Part shown: in pieces, positions 1 through 26,861 of the stretch
How positions within the stretch are numbered: position 1 is the first letter of the stretch
How the letters are laid out: every line of letters begins with the position of its first letter
NCBI GenBank assembly: GCA_963693365.1
Contig: CAVNZM010000006.1
Location: 10,357,355-10,421,354 of the forward strand
Source: Amoebidium appalachense
Lineage: Eukaryota; Protista; Ichthyosporea
DNA: 64,000 nucleotides
Direction: 5' to 3'
The notes under the pieces: model-generated
What the model saw: only the letters and a program-made list of their open reading frames with translations
Told to the model about the DNA's origin: nothing
The model's database searches: none
Translations under genes and position numbers: made by a program

Positions 1-1213
1 GAAAAGTGCATGTGTGTAAGGGCGAGGCGAACCACGTGGAACAGCCACAAGCGATCAATCCCGATACTTTTTTTTGACCTTTTTTCTTCTGATCTTTAGC
101 TTCCGACCGCTGTCCCCACACAGCCTGAAAGATGTCCATATTCTGGTCATACAAAAGAACGATGAAAGGGTTTCGATAAAATTTGTAAAATCTTCGGTTC
201 ATCAGCCTGTAGTAAGGCCTCCTACTCTGACGCCTGTAGTTTGGCAAGAATCGTGAATTTTGAGCAACAGAAACACGGATCCCGGCTTACCTTAGCAGCC
301 AGCAGCTCACGAACGCTCGTTGTTATTGGGCAGCAACTTTCCTTCCTTGTTCCATATGTCACTACGCTCTACACACACCACGCAGCACACCCAGCTGCTT
401 GGACTATGGGAGCTACTTGGCCGTGCATGGTGCTCTCTCTCGAGGGAGAGTAAGGTCGGTTCTTGCTGCCGATGACAGCTGCAGAGTGACGCGCTAACTT
501 GTCGCGCGACCTCATGATCACAAGACGTGAGAAAAAGTGGCCGTGAGCTGTGGACGTGGCAGTTGGCCAGTTGCGCACCTAGTTTTTGCCGCCACTTTAA
601 ATATTAGCCATATATGGTACAACAATAACCTTAAAAGGCATTTGTGTCTACAATCCAAGTGATTGGTAGATACTGCACCACTGCAACACCCCAGACATGA
701 TCAAGGTTGGGCCGCTGGGGGCAACTGTGGCACACGTACGTATGCATATGCACACGTTGACACAGGTCACAAACGCACACGCGGATATATCACGTGCACG
801 CATAAATGCAGTTTTATGTGCACCAATGTTCATAGTCTTGCTAACACGGTGCATGGGCACAACAGATGTTGTGGATGCAGTGGATGCAGCACATGTGCAC
901 CGTAGAAACATACGCCGCCCAACGGTACGTGCACCCATGGGCCATGTGCCGCAATGACAGTGCATGCCACGGACATGTACACACGCACCCCCACCCACGT
1001 AGTAGTACGTACACGTGCTGCTCACACACGCCCACAGGCACATGACCAACATGCATCAAAAACAGTCAAATGCACAGGTACAAACACCATATGCATGCGC
1101 ATACTCAGCTTGGATTCGAACGAAGGGCAATTCGGGATTCTAATAAACTCCCGGGGACCGAGTACTCACGTGAGTGAGTGAGTGAGTGTGTGTGTGTGCG
1201 AGTGAGTGAGTGA

Positions 1214-1255
<42 letters not shown>

Positions 1256-1300
1256 CTGTGTTTGTGTGTGCGTGTGTGTGCGTTCTGCACGTGTGTGTAC

Positions 1301-1336
<36 letters not shown>

Positions 1337-1359
1337 GCGTGCGTGTGTCTGACGTGTGT

Positions 1360-1419
<60 letters not shown>

Positions 1420-2154
1420 TTTCAACGGCCGCGGATCGACCATGAACATCGATATCGAGGGTCCCCTTGATACAGTATGTTGCTTAGTAAGGGTTATTTT
1501 TTGAGTTCATTTATAGCCATGCCTGCATATCTGCAGCTCTGATCAATTGGCAAATACCAGCCTGATCATGAAGCAACCAGGAAGGCTATCCATTATCATA
1601 CATGCCATACTAGTGACAACAGTCACCTGTTACTACTCCCCGTTCAATAAACACAAAAAAGAGATGCAATGGCACATGTCCTTCTACGTACCACTTTCTC
1701 AACACGTGCAATCGAGATCCATACAAGGTGTCCCTTAGGATAAACAAACGTATTTGAAGTGCAAAGGTGTTAAATCTTGAATGACCCTCACCAACTGTTA
1801 CAAATAATAGCATTCAAAGGATTGTCGAAACAGACAACCGAAAAAATAGATCACTGACATGAATAGCATAGGACCTAAACCGTCTTAACGAACACAGCTC
1901 ACAACAACATCTGTTTCTCTACAACGAAGTTCCCTCCTCTCTACTTGCCAAATAAGTAAGCGTATGCATCCCAAAACTCCGTGAACATCAATATTGAGCC
2001 ATTAGGCTGCATGTGTTTGTACCGTGATATGTATACATGCACTGTGTATCCATCCACAACACAGACGTTTCCCCATTCCCTGACAAAAACCATACCAGCA
2101 AACATCTCTTAAAACACACATTCCACCTTGTGTGCATGCACACACACCCACGTG

Positions 2155-15835
<13,681 letters not shown>

Positions 15836-15860
15836 CTACACCCACACCCACAAGGTGTTA

Positions 15861-15980
15861 TAAGTACCCTTCCAATCCCGTCCAGAGAATAATGGTCATA
15901 ATGGTATTTCTTTTTTCTTGTAAGTACCCTTCCAATCCCGTCCAGAGAATAATGGTAATAGTGGTATTTCTTTTTTCTTG
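15861..15980. repeat. 60-bp direct tandem duplication (2 copies, 2 mismatches)
   Basis: 15861-15920 vs 15921-15980: TAAGTACCCTTCCAATCCCGTCCAGAGAATAATGGT(C/A)ATA(A/G)TGGTATTTCTTTTTTCTTG. Confidence 0.9.
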
Positions 15981-16268
15981 TGTCCTTGATCACGAACAGG
16001 TGTTGTGTTTGGCTGAGCTCTCCTATGGCACGCCCAGACCTATGGGTTGATTGAAAGACGAAGTTCTTGCTGGAGACCAATGCCTGTGACCCCCTGCCTC
16101 GCCTCCCCCTTAGGCAATTCCTCACTTTCCCCCTCTCCCCCCCTCCCCCCCTTCCCCCCCCCCTTCCTCCCTCCCCCCCCATTCCCCTACAAGTAAACAC
16201 GGTACTTTTCCCGACTCATTTCAACCTGGCACAATCCCCTGCTCACTTTCGTAGCCCCTTTGGAGCGG

Positions 16269-16302
<34 letters not shown>

Positions 16303-16985
16303 TTGTAAGACCGTGTGTGTGTGTGCGTGGACACTATGCAGTTATGGTGCAAGTTCAGGTGCATAAGTGCATGGAAGTGTATGCATCGGGTGTCAGTTCT
16401 TTTCTTTTTTTTGGTGGGGGAGAGGGGGGGGGGGGGGGAGGGGGGGAGGAGGGTGGAAGGGAGGGGTTGATTGTGTGTGGCGAGAAATGCTTGCGTTCCT
16501 CGTCTTTTGCCTGTGTGAGTGCTTTCTGTGCATGTGCCTGGCGCAGAAACAGAGGGATGAGAAAGCGGGAAGAGAAGGGGAAGGGGAGTCCGAGGAGGGG
16601 GGGGGGGGGAGGGTGAGAGAGGGTGAGAGTCGAGAACATTGGGGGGTAGTAAGAGAGAGGGGGGGGGGAGAGAGGAGGGAGAGGAAGGGGTGGCGGGGGA
16701 AGGGGGGGGGGGGGGGGGGGGGGGGGGGGGGCGGCTAAAGGAAGAGTGAGGGGGTAAAGGGGCGGGGGTTAGATAAGAAACTATGTACGATTGAAATATG
16801 AGCTTGCTGTTAAAAAAACAGGTAGGCAGTATGGTTGGGAGAACCAAGAGAACAGGAGGGAGAAAGCTCATGGGCAGGAACTTATGGCAAAGGCAGCTGC
16901 GGACCAGCTAGAGCAAAGGCAGTTGTAAGAAAAGGGGAGTGAGGGGAAGAGAGAGGGCGGGGTGGGACAAGGGCAGGGGAGGCAG

Positions 16986-17023
<38 letters not shown>

Positions 17024-17936
17024 TCATGTTTGCCAAACAAGATGGAAAACAGATTAAGTGACTGTGTGATTAAGAAAAGAACGGAAGTAAAGACACCACG
17101 GAGAAGAAGCCCATGCACGCTCTCTGTCCGTTTGTTGTCAGTCACACACAAGTCCTTGCACGGCTAAGGGGCCAGATAACTTTTATTGAGTCGTTTTGAC
17201 TCTTTGTAGGCCATTGCTGTTCATTCCTCGGCATCTGACGCTGTTAAAAAACCAACACACACACCATACAGCACAGACAGCCTTCAGCATGTCTGTTGTT
17301 TCCCGTCATGCGCTAACCCTAAAACACCACGCTAAGACCATGAGGTGAAACGAGGTGTGCCCTCAAGCGCTTCTAAGACATGGCCAGGACAAGCAGCCCC
17401 AGAAAGAAAAACGTCACCATTGAGCGGTGAACGAATGAGCAGGAGCATGCTTATATCCCAAAATGCAAAGTCAGTATTTAGGCGTGTGAAAGGGGGGTAA
17501 CCACAGGAGTGGCTGTGTGTCTACAAGTACCGGGTGGCTCTTGCGCTGTGCCCTCTCCCTCCATGTTGCAGTTGTCGGCCGCAAAAAAGCTTCTTTGACG
17601 CCTGTGCTAGCTCTCGCCAACATACAAACAGCGGCATATGCTGCCCACCTTGCTACGATCACTATGGTGATTCGCTAAGCTAACACGCCCACCGAACAAC
17701 TTGAAATATCCGCAGCCTGAGATGAGACTCAGGGAGACGGCCACTCTTCCTGCTCTGTCCTAATAACAACCATCATAAAATCTAAAATCAAAGGCTTTGA
17801 AATCTAGTTAAACGTTATGATTCGCTAGTTAGATGTTTTAGAGGTTACAAAAGTTTGTGAATAATATATATTTTTGTCTGCGGCCGCACTGAGATGTCCA
17901 TCGGACGGTACCTTTCGGACATAGAGACGTTCTCGA

Positions 17937-17938
17937 CA

Positions 17939-18036
<98 letters not shown>
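17937..18036. repeat. (CACG)n tetranucleotide microsatellite, about 25 units
   Basis: Directly visible; a related (GCGT)n tract lies at about 21803-21978. Confidence 0.9.
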
Positions 18037-18037
<1 letters not shown>

Positions 18038-19239
18038 GTGCGCGTGCACTTTACATAAACACACAGACTTACACACACGTTCAGTACGAGTCCTAAGGCG
18101 GAGCCCTATGAGGTCTTTTATAAAAGTCGGCAACCCCACCTTGCCGGGCCCAGGCTACAGTAGTACTGCTTATATGCCCTCCGAGTCGGCCAGCCTGTTA
18201 GTCTCTCTCTCGCGCCCCCCCTCTCCCCCCCCCCCACCCACCCACCCTCCTACCCCCACTTTCCCCCCCTTGCCCCCTGCTTCTCTCGTCTCCCTCCTCC
18301 CCTCCCATTCCCAACAAATAATGAACGATCACACATCTGTGCGTGAATGCTCCGTGAGCACAACCGCAAGCACGCACGTACGCTCCCACAAACAACAACA
18401 ACCCACGAACTCGTCTACGAAACCACGCGACCGACCAACACGCACACACACACATACACTATCACTCACATACACACACATAGACAAGCACACACACACA
18501 CATGCTGATATTGTATTCAACACTGCTGATCTTCAGCTCCTGTAGTTCTCCAGCTTTCCCTACTCGACTGCCAGAAGATGAGCAGTGTTTTGCCTTTCCT
18601 TTTCGTTTCCACTCTTGGCCGGGTGCTTATCACACTCTTCACTACCTACCACCTGCTCTGCCCCCTGTGTTCCGTTTGTGTGTGGTGTGCCTGCCTGGGC
18701 TCCCTACCTTTTGCTTGTCGTTCCAAATGGCTTTCCCCTATGTCTCTTTCTCCTGGATTCTCAAATCGGCACGCTTGAAAGCACTTATTTTATATTTTTG
18801 AAGTAGTATAATGCACACATTACAATCTGCAAAAGCCTTTGCGAATACTGTAATTAGGGTATCATCATTCTGACCTCATAATACAAATCTCTGTATTTCC
18901 GCTGATCCAACCCGCAAACACTTGGTTTACGAGAAGTCAGCCGCGCGCGTATCGTTTTAATACAGTCATTCTAGTCCCTACTGGGTTAACTACAACTAAG
19001 CAACATCAACATTCATTAGTTTCCAGGCTCCTTCAAGTGATCTGCTCGGACCAGCTGCTGTTTGGACAGGCTGCTGTGCTATTGACCAAAAACAGTTGGA
19101 TCCAGCCCTAGATGGCTGGTAAGAGTCACGCAAACATGGCTGTTATGGCTACGACTACATTATAAGTGGAAAGCCTTGAGGTCACCGAACCCAACTATCT
19201 ACAACAGACTCTCGTTCCCTCTCTAGATCTGTAACTTCG

Positions 19240-19822
19240 TCAACTTGAGCCGCTTGAGCCTCTGTGGGCCTTTGCCATTTCCAGCATAGCCGTGGCAATA
19301 TACAGAGCCAGGCTCTCTTGCTGCTCGGGCGAAAGGTGTTTGTATCCTTTCACGGCCATGACACACGTGGTGGCACCGCAGAGGCAGTCGAAGGGCGACT
19401 GCAAGTCCCACTCGGTGGCCAGGTAGTTCTACGTCAGCCTGTCGCCCTTGCGCACAGGCTTCACCGTGTAGAAGCGCATCACATAGCCGCACGCGGCGTC
19501 GGTGATTTTCTGAATGCTCACGGCACAGTTGGGATCGCACGAATGGTCGGTATACTGCATGGGGTCATCCCCACTGTCCAGGTGGGCCTCCAAGTCCACC
19601 TGGAAGGAGTGCCGGGTGGGCGTGGGCACAATGGTGCCGGTGGTGACGTAGGCCACTGTCTCGCCCATACAAAAGTCTGCAGTGGCAACAAGAGTCCTTC
19701 CTGTCTCGAAGTTGCCCACCACCTCAACATGCGGTGCCTCCCCTGAGACTTCGCCCTTGGGCTCGATTACGTCGAAGGCATGGTGTGGCAGGGGCCGTGC
19801 CGTCTCCCGTTGCGAAAACCAT
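19240..19822 (-). pseudogene. Small intronless SET + post-SET protein gene, apparently disabled
   Basis: One frame reads GRTLVATADFCMGE..YTDHSCDPNC..FYTVKPVRKGDRLT*NYLATEWDLQSPFDCLCGATTC..KGYKHLSPEQQ. An in-frame TAG (19429-19431) falls inside the ELxxxY motif, the NHS motif is DHS, and the likely ATG (19820-19822, AAAATGG context) is out of frame with the SET body. Confidence 0.78.
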
Positions 19823-20669
19823 TTTGAAATTCAAGTGTAAATCTAGCTTGGGTTCTGTTTTCTCAACTACGGGTAGTCTCCAAGGCTATGTACCCACTGG
19901 CTTCCGTAAGTGGCCGGGCACTACTACGCCAGGGGACACATACAAGGTATGTTGAGCCGACAGTCACTCAAAGTGACTGAGCTACGAGGAGCTACGGGGT
20001 TAATGCAGCACCTTTGCCCCAGACTAAGCACTGTTATCAGGCCACGCGTTATGGACCTTTTATATGCTGGTGATAGGACTGCTGACCGTAGGCTAACTGA
20101 CTGACATGTACTGACGTTGTCACGCGCCATCTCGGCTCGTCGACGCCGATTTTTCCTTCCTTCTTCGCAGCCCGCGCGGTCTTTTTTCTTCGCAGCCAAA
20201 TTCCTTCTTCGAATTCGCAGCAGTCATTTCGCGTACACAGATAAGCATTGTCATTACAAGCGAGACATTTCTGCTGAGGTAGGAAGGAAAATGAGGCATC
20301 AGTTCAGTAGGTGGTAGGCTAACTGACGGCTCAGGCAGCCCAAGCAGCCAGCCCAGGCTTACACTGTTACATAGCAGCACTGGGGGACCGTCACCGTGTA
20401 GACTCAAAGTTTCAAACGTCATCCTGGAACGCAGTGCCAGTGCTTTGCGGCTAATCGATTGGATACGAATAGTTTATTTGTGAGCCACCGCATTCACCAA
20501 TAGATCTGTTGTTGAGGCTGCGGCTTTGCCAACAGCTTCCGGGCCCCACGGTGAAGTTGTGACCTCCGAGAACCGTTCACCGCCCTAACTTCCACCCACA
20601 CCCCTCCCCCCTTCCGGGGCCCCGGCACCCTCCTCTCCCTCTTCTTCCCCCCCTCCCCCCCTCCCCCCC

Positions 20670-20704
<35 letters not shown>

Positions 20705-21031
20705 ACACACACACCCTTACCCCTTTCTCCCCGTTGCGCCCCAAAAAAGACCCATCAAGGCTTCCCCACCCCCACCGACTCCCCCACCGACCTTTCTCCT
20801 TCGACTACTACCCCCCCTCCCCCCCTCCCCCCCACCCACCCACCCGCCCTTCCCTCTCCCTCTCGGCAGCCCTCCCCTCCAGCTTCCCTTGCACTTTCTC
20901 AGGCTTCCAGCTACCCTCTCCATCAGTCGATAAGCTCGGCGCTTCATCCAAATGATGTGCACGAGGGTGTGTGTGTGTGTGTTTTGAGTATAGAGCATTT
21001 TTGCACGTTTGTGTGCTTCTTTGTGCACGTG

Positions 21032-21110
<79 letters not shown>

Positions 21111-21153
21111 ATGTGCGTGTGCGTGTTTGGGTGTGTGTACACATGTGTGTGTG

Positions 21154-21255
<102 letters not shown>

Positions 21256-21888
21256 CGACCCGCGGGGGGTCATGGTAGCTATGGGTATGTGACTGTTTGT
21301 GTGTGTGTGCCCGACTCCGGGTCCCCGCGGCCGGGGCGTGTGTGCCGCTCAGTTTGTGCGTGATGCACGCACCTCCGGATCCCATTTCGACCCCCTCCCG
21401 CTTCCCTTCCTTTCCTCTAAAAAGACGGCACCTCTCAGGCTAGCACTTTGCATGTGTTCCCCCGATATTAACTTTTACATTTAACACTGAGTTACCCAAT
21501 AACATTTACAGCTAAGTGACTCCTACTGGCTAATTCTCCATCAAACGTTATATTTACTGTAACATCTACTTCATATTTTTATTCCCTTTCTTTCCCCCAG
21601 TGTGAAAAAAATTTCTGCGCCTGTTTTCTGTGGTGGTTAGCAGGTATTTGTACCACATCCGTGTTTTAATCTCCTACAGGATCCGGTGTGGTCAAGCTAT
21701 GGGCTGAATTTTTTTTGCATGAATTTCTTTTCAATGGAGCCGGCTAGTATCTTAGGGGTGTGGGTCACGGTGTCATGCCACGTGCACGGTACTTATGGTG
21801 TGTGTGCGTGCGTGCGTGCGTGTGTGTGTGCGTGTGTGCGTCCGTGCGTCCGTGCGTGCGTGCGTCCGTGCGTGCGTCCGTGCGTGAG

Positions 21889-21976
<88 letters not shown>

Positions 21977-21982
21977 TGTGCG

Positions 21983-22076
<94 letters not shown>

Positions 22077-22190
22077 GTGTGCATACGTTTTTTTCTGGCG
22101 TGTGTATGTGTGTGCCTGCGCCTGGCCCCGTGCACACGCATGTCACAGGTGTATATGTGACTACGGTACCATATGTGCAATGTGGTGGAT

Positions 22191-22403
22191 AAACCCGAGG
22201 GGCAAGTTGATGACATTCCCCACCGGCGAGGCTGGGGTGTAAACACTCGGCTAAGTGTGTACTGTATCAGTAGGTACTTTTAGCATTCTGACTAGGGTAC
22301 AGTCGGTGCTGTGTGGAAGACGGTAGTTCCCAATAATTCCATGAGGACCCCTGGGGATCCCTCCGGGAACAACACGGGTTTTAAAAAAAAAAAAAAAAAA
22401 AAA
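22191..22403 (+). other. Highly base-paired ~190-nt segment ending in an A21 tail (SINE/LINE 3' end or retrocopied structured RNA; identity unknown)
   Basis: Several stem-loops read directly from the sequence (see findings); poly(A) at 22383-22403; no TSD found. Confidence 0.4.
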
Positions 22404-23217
22404 CTTGTTGACATGAGAGAGGCTCTGAAACGAACTCTATAGTGCAACGGCCTAGGCTTTGCACTGAGTAACTTAGAAATACTGCAGTTTCTGTGGATTT
22501 GAAAAAACTTTGAATAAGAAAAAAGGTGACGTACAACCTCGCCACTGTTACAACTTCCCACCCATTTATGGGGTGCACATTTTGTTCCCGCTCTAGTTTT
22601 TCTTTTACAAAGCGCTATCCGAGTTACAAACAAAGACCAAATACCGGCTTGCCAAATTTGCAACGATTCAATATCAACAGTTCACACCGTGTCAGTTTAT
22701 CCTCCTCACCGCCCTGCCGGGAACTGCCCCATTCCTCCCTCCTTTGGGCTCCCCCTCCCCCCCCCTCCCCCCCTTTTGACACACGGACGAACATAGATAT
22801 CATGATTCGTACCTCCCCCCTCCCCCTCCCTCCCGCTACCTGCTTATTGTCTTTTATTCGCTTTCCTATTACGCTCCTAACCGAGGCTTCGAATCCCCAT
22901 CTCCTGCTTTCCACGCTTGCATACGCACCCCATCCGCGTACCCAAATTCCTTCCCTCCTCCTGGTTCCTCAATATGCGACACCAGGGCCCTCACCTATTT
23001 CCCCCTCCTTGCACCCCACTTTTCCCATTGTTGCAGGACACCTTCCCTGCCCCAGCCTGCCTCCCCTCCTCCAACCATCCCTAAGCCGGTCCCCTCCCCA
23101 CCCTCCCCCCACTCTCCCCCTTTTCCACCTTGTCCCCTCTCTCGTCCCCACCTGCTTTACCTCCCCCCTCCTCCCCTCCTCCCCTCCCCCTCCCCTCTCT
23201 CTCTCTCTCTCTCTCTC

Positions 23218-23254
<37 letters not shown>

Positions 23255-23355
23255 GCCCCACTCCCCTCCTCCTTCAGCCATATCCTGGCCCCCTCCCCCC
23301 CCCCTCCCCCCTCCCTTCCCCCCCCCTCCCCCCCCCCCCCCCTCTCTCTCTCTCC

Positions 23356-23408
<53 letters not shown>

Positions 23409-23900
23409 ACCTGCCCCTCCCCTAAGCAAGATGTCACTAGCCTTTCTTTCTTTCTTTTTTCTTTTCTCTCTCTTTTTTTTTTTGTGGTGGTGGTGGTGGG
23501 GGGTGGGGGGGGGGGGAGATTTATATCAGTGCCCAGATCCACAGGCGGGCCAGCCCCTAGAAAGTCAGTTGTCCCATGTAGGCTATCCTGTCGAATTCCA
23601 CACAGATCTCTGGTGTTGGTTTGTCAAACACAACATTTATAATGTTAATTAATTTAAAAGCCGTCCCAACTTGAAGACAAACACGCCGTTTTTCTGCTGC
23701 TAAAACCCTACGCTATACCCAACATTGTTTTGTTCGTGCAAAACATGACTTTTCATCGAGGCTGTGCTTCCACTTCACTATAAAAATGCCCATAGCTCTC
23801 ACCCAGAGTCATCGCGGAAACTGAAGGCTGCTGGTTGCCCGTCCTTCCCAGGCGACATGAATACGTGAATCGGAGTATCGAGGAGGGGGGGAAGGGGGGC

Positions 23901-23951
<51 letters not shown>

Positions 23952-23955
23952 GGGG

Positions 23956-23986
<31 letters not shown>

Positions 23987-24687
23987 AGAGGGGGGGGGGG
24001 GGGGGGGGGATAAACCTTTTGTATGTGCCGGTGGATGGTGAGGGCTAACGGAGAAAAGGGATCCTTAAGTTTATTCATTAGAAAGAGGACAACGACAATA
24101 CCAAGGGGTTAAGTCATATTGGGCTAGCTTGGGGGATCGGTGTAGCTGTTGCAAGTGTTGGGGGTTTACGGGTTTGTGGAGGGGGGAGGGGGGGAAGGGG
24201 GGGGAGGGGGGGAAAAGGGTGGGGCGGGGAGGGGGAGTGGGGTGGGGGGGGGGAGAGGGGGAGAGCGGGGACTGTGGAAGTTCAGGGTGCCCGGGGCCAT
24301 TAACGAGCAGGCCTCAGTTGAAAGCAGTGCAGCGAGTCAGGGTGGGCGGTGCGGACTGGTGGTCGTGGTGGTGGTGTGGGTTGTTGATGTGTGTGTGTGT
24401 GTGTGTGTTGGGGGGGAGGGGGGAGGGTGAGGGGTCTGTTTTTTACCTTGGTGGAATTCCCAAGACTTCGAATATGATACGTACTATTTGCTCGGTGGTG
24501 CCAATATTAATCTGCAATTTGCAAAGCGGCGGTGTGATGACTCACTGTAGTTGAAAAGTCACGTTGGCGCAAAGCTCGGAAAGTTGCACCATCTATATCC
24601 CTACTTTTTTTGTTTGTTTTATAAAACATAGGTCCGGCAACCGCGGCCGTCCGCAGCAATCATAAGCCTATAGAACCTCCCCCCGAG

Positions 24688-24739
<52 letters not shown>

Positions 24740-25491
24740 ACACATACACACAGCCTTTTCATTATCGTACCGCCACCTTCGGCCCCCCTCCCCCCGGGCC
24801 CCCTCCCTCCTTCCCCACCCTCACATACACACACACCGCCCAGAAGGTCTGAGGGCCCCATCCAATAACAACAGCTTGTGTGTGTGAATGTGCGTATGCA
24901 TGTGTGTGTGTGTGTGAGTGTGTGTGTGTGTGTGGGGGGGGGGGGGGAGGGCTGAGAGGCACTTGATGCTTACATGCATGTGGGAGGAGTAAGCAGCGTG
25001 TCTGGAGGGGGAGCAGGAATTCGAAGGGCGGGGATGGGGGGAGGGGTGGAGGGGAGCCCGATCGCAACCCCCTGCACGTGTACGGAGTCCAAGCTGCACA
25101 ATTTCCACACGCACGATGCAGGCAAATCCAAGGCATTGCACACACAAAGACTCGGGAGTACCCAGACAAGAACAACAGACGATCGCAAAGATTTTTTGCC
25201 ATGCCAAGCAGCTTGCCTGTGTTTTATTTGTCACTGCAAAAGCGTTCTGATTCCACGGCCTCATCCCCGCGCCTAAAATGGGAGGCCAACGGTCACCATT
25301 GGTCGTCTTCCATGACCTTCCTAAAATGGCTATTGCATGCGCCATAATAATCCGGGCCCAGCATGCTCCCCCATAACTTCCTCTATGTTGAAAAACGACC
25401 ACGACAATGGCCGAGAAAAATCCCTTGACGGACTATGTTCCAAACTCAATAAGCGACGTCTAGTAAGCCATATATATGTACACCAGGCCAA

Positions 25492-25557
25492 ACAACATAA
25501 GGTACAGTGAAAGTCCATATTCTGACAACATAAGGTACAGTGAAAGTCCATATTCTG
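25492..25557. repeat. 33-bp perfect direct duplication downstream of the ATP7 stop
   Basis: ACAACATAAGGTACAGTGAAAGTCCATATTCTG at 25492-25524 and 25525-25557. Confidence 0.9.
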
Positions 25558-25718
25558 CAAATGCATTTCATTACCGAGAAACGGACATTCAGCCTTTCAT
25601 TCCGGTTCAAAAAAAGGTGGGTTTTATATATCTAATTCGAAGAGCACAATAAAAATTTTCAGAATAGAGCCATGAAAAAGAAAAAGAAATAAAGGGTGAA
25701 ACCCCCTGCATGTGTACA

Positions 25719-26243
25719 CTACACCACCTCAACCGAATTCATCTCGATATTCGGCAAGTCATCCTCCGAGCCAGCCACCCGCATATATCTGGGCTTCGCC
25801 ACACTGCCCACCGCCACCTTGGTTTTCAGGTTGGTGAGATGCCCTTTGAATGCCAGAACGGGGGGTTGCCACGAGGGGGTGGGGCGGCGGTAGAGTTTGA
25901 GCAGGAGGGAGGATGTGACGACAGACAGGGAGGAGAACATCATGGCCCCGGCAGCAATGTTGGGGTGCATCTGCAGCCCGGCCCACATGAAGCAGCCCGA
26001 TGCTATGGGGATGCCTGGGGGGTGGGTGGCATTGTGGTGAGTGGGTGGGTTGGGTGGGTGTTACGGAGTTGATAATGCATAGTGGTGTGCAAATGATCGT
26101 GCAAAGAATAATGGCGGTGTTTGACTCGGCAAGGCAGATTGCACCAGCAATCTTAATAGAGGTTGGTGGAACACGACCGGGTGTGTGCATGCGTGTGTGT
26201 GAGTTATGTGTTTAAAAAAAAGGCATTTTTTTTTTTTTTTTTA

Positions 26244-26275
<32 letters not shown>

Positions 26276-26812
26276 GCTGCTCCCTGCTGTGCGCGCGCCT
26301 CTGCACGTGTGTATATGTTGTTATGTATGTTCGTGGACGTGCAGTTTGGGGAAAGGGAGGGAAGGGAGGTGTGTGTGTGTGTGTTGGGGGGGGGGGGGGG
26401 GGGGGGGAGGATATAGGGCACATACTGATGACATTGTAGATGCAGGCGAAGAAGAAGTTGAGGCGTATCCTGCGCACGGTGGTGCGGGACAGATCGATGG
26501 CCGTGACCACGTCCATGAGTTTGCTCTTGATCAGCACCACGTCAGCAGTCTCAATCGCAACATCAGTGCCTGACCCGATGGCCATACCGAGGTCTGCTTG
26601 CGCTGTGGCGGTATTAAGGGTGTTAGAAGGTGTGTTGTCGGCAAGGTGGAAAGGCAGGGTGGAATCAGAGAGGGGGGGAAAGATGGAAGTATGTCTGGTG
26701 GGTGTTTGCGCCTGTGCGGGTGTGTGTGTGTGTGTGCGCGTGTGGGTGGATGGGTGTGGTGGCGGTGGCGGTAGTGGTAGTGGTGGTGGTGGTGGTAGTG
26801 ATGGTGGTGTGT

Positions 26813-26861
<49 letters not shown>

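Noticed and set aside
1-139. First exon of a minus-strand gene (MDIFQAVWGQRSEAKDQKKK)
   Set aside because: Too short and truncated by the window edge; no homology evidence.
1099-1479. TIR element (CATACT...AGTATG, GGGGACC/GGTCCCC)
   Set aside because: Matches are only 6-7 bp with no TSD, compatible with chance.
17716-18125. Helentron/DINE-like element around the (CACG)n tract
   Set aside because: Small hairpins exist (CCTGAG/CTCAGG; TAAGGC/GCCCTA) but no matching pair of sub-terminal inverted repeats could be defined.
22186-22383. RNase P/MRP RNA (ends resemble CR-I/CR-V)
   Set aside because: The conserved GAAAGUC/GAAGGUC core is missing and poly(A) follows directly, leaving no P1 helix; kept only as an unidentified structured element.
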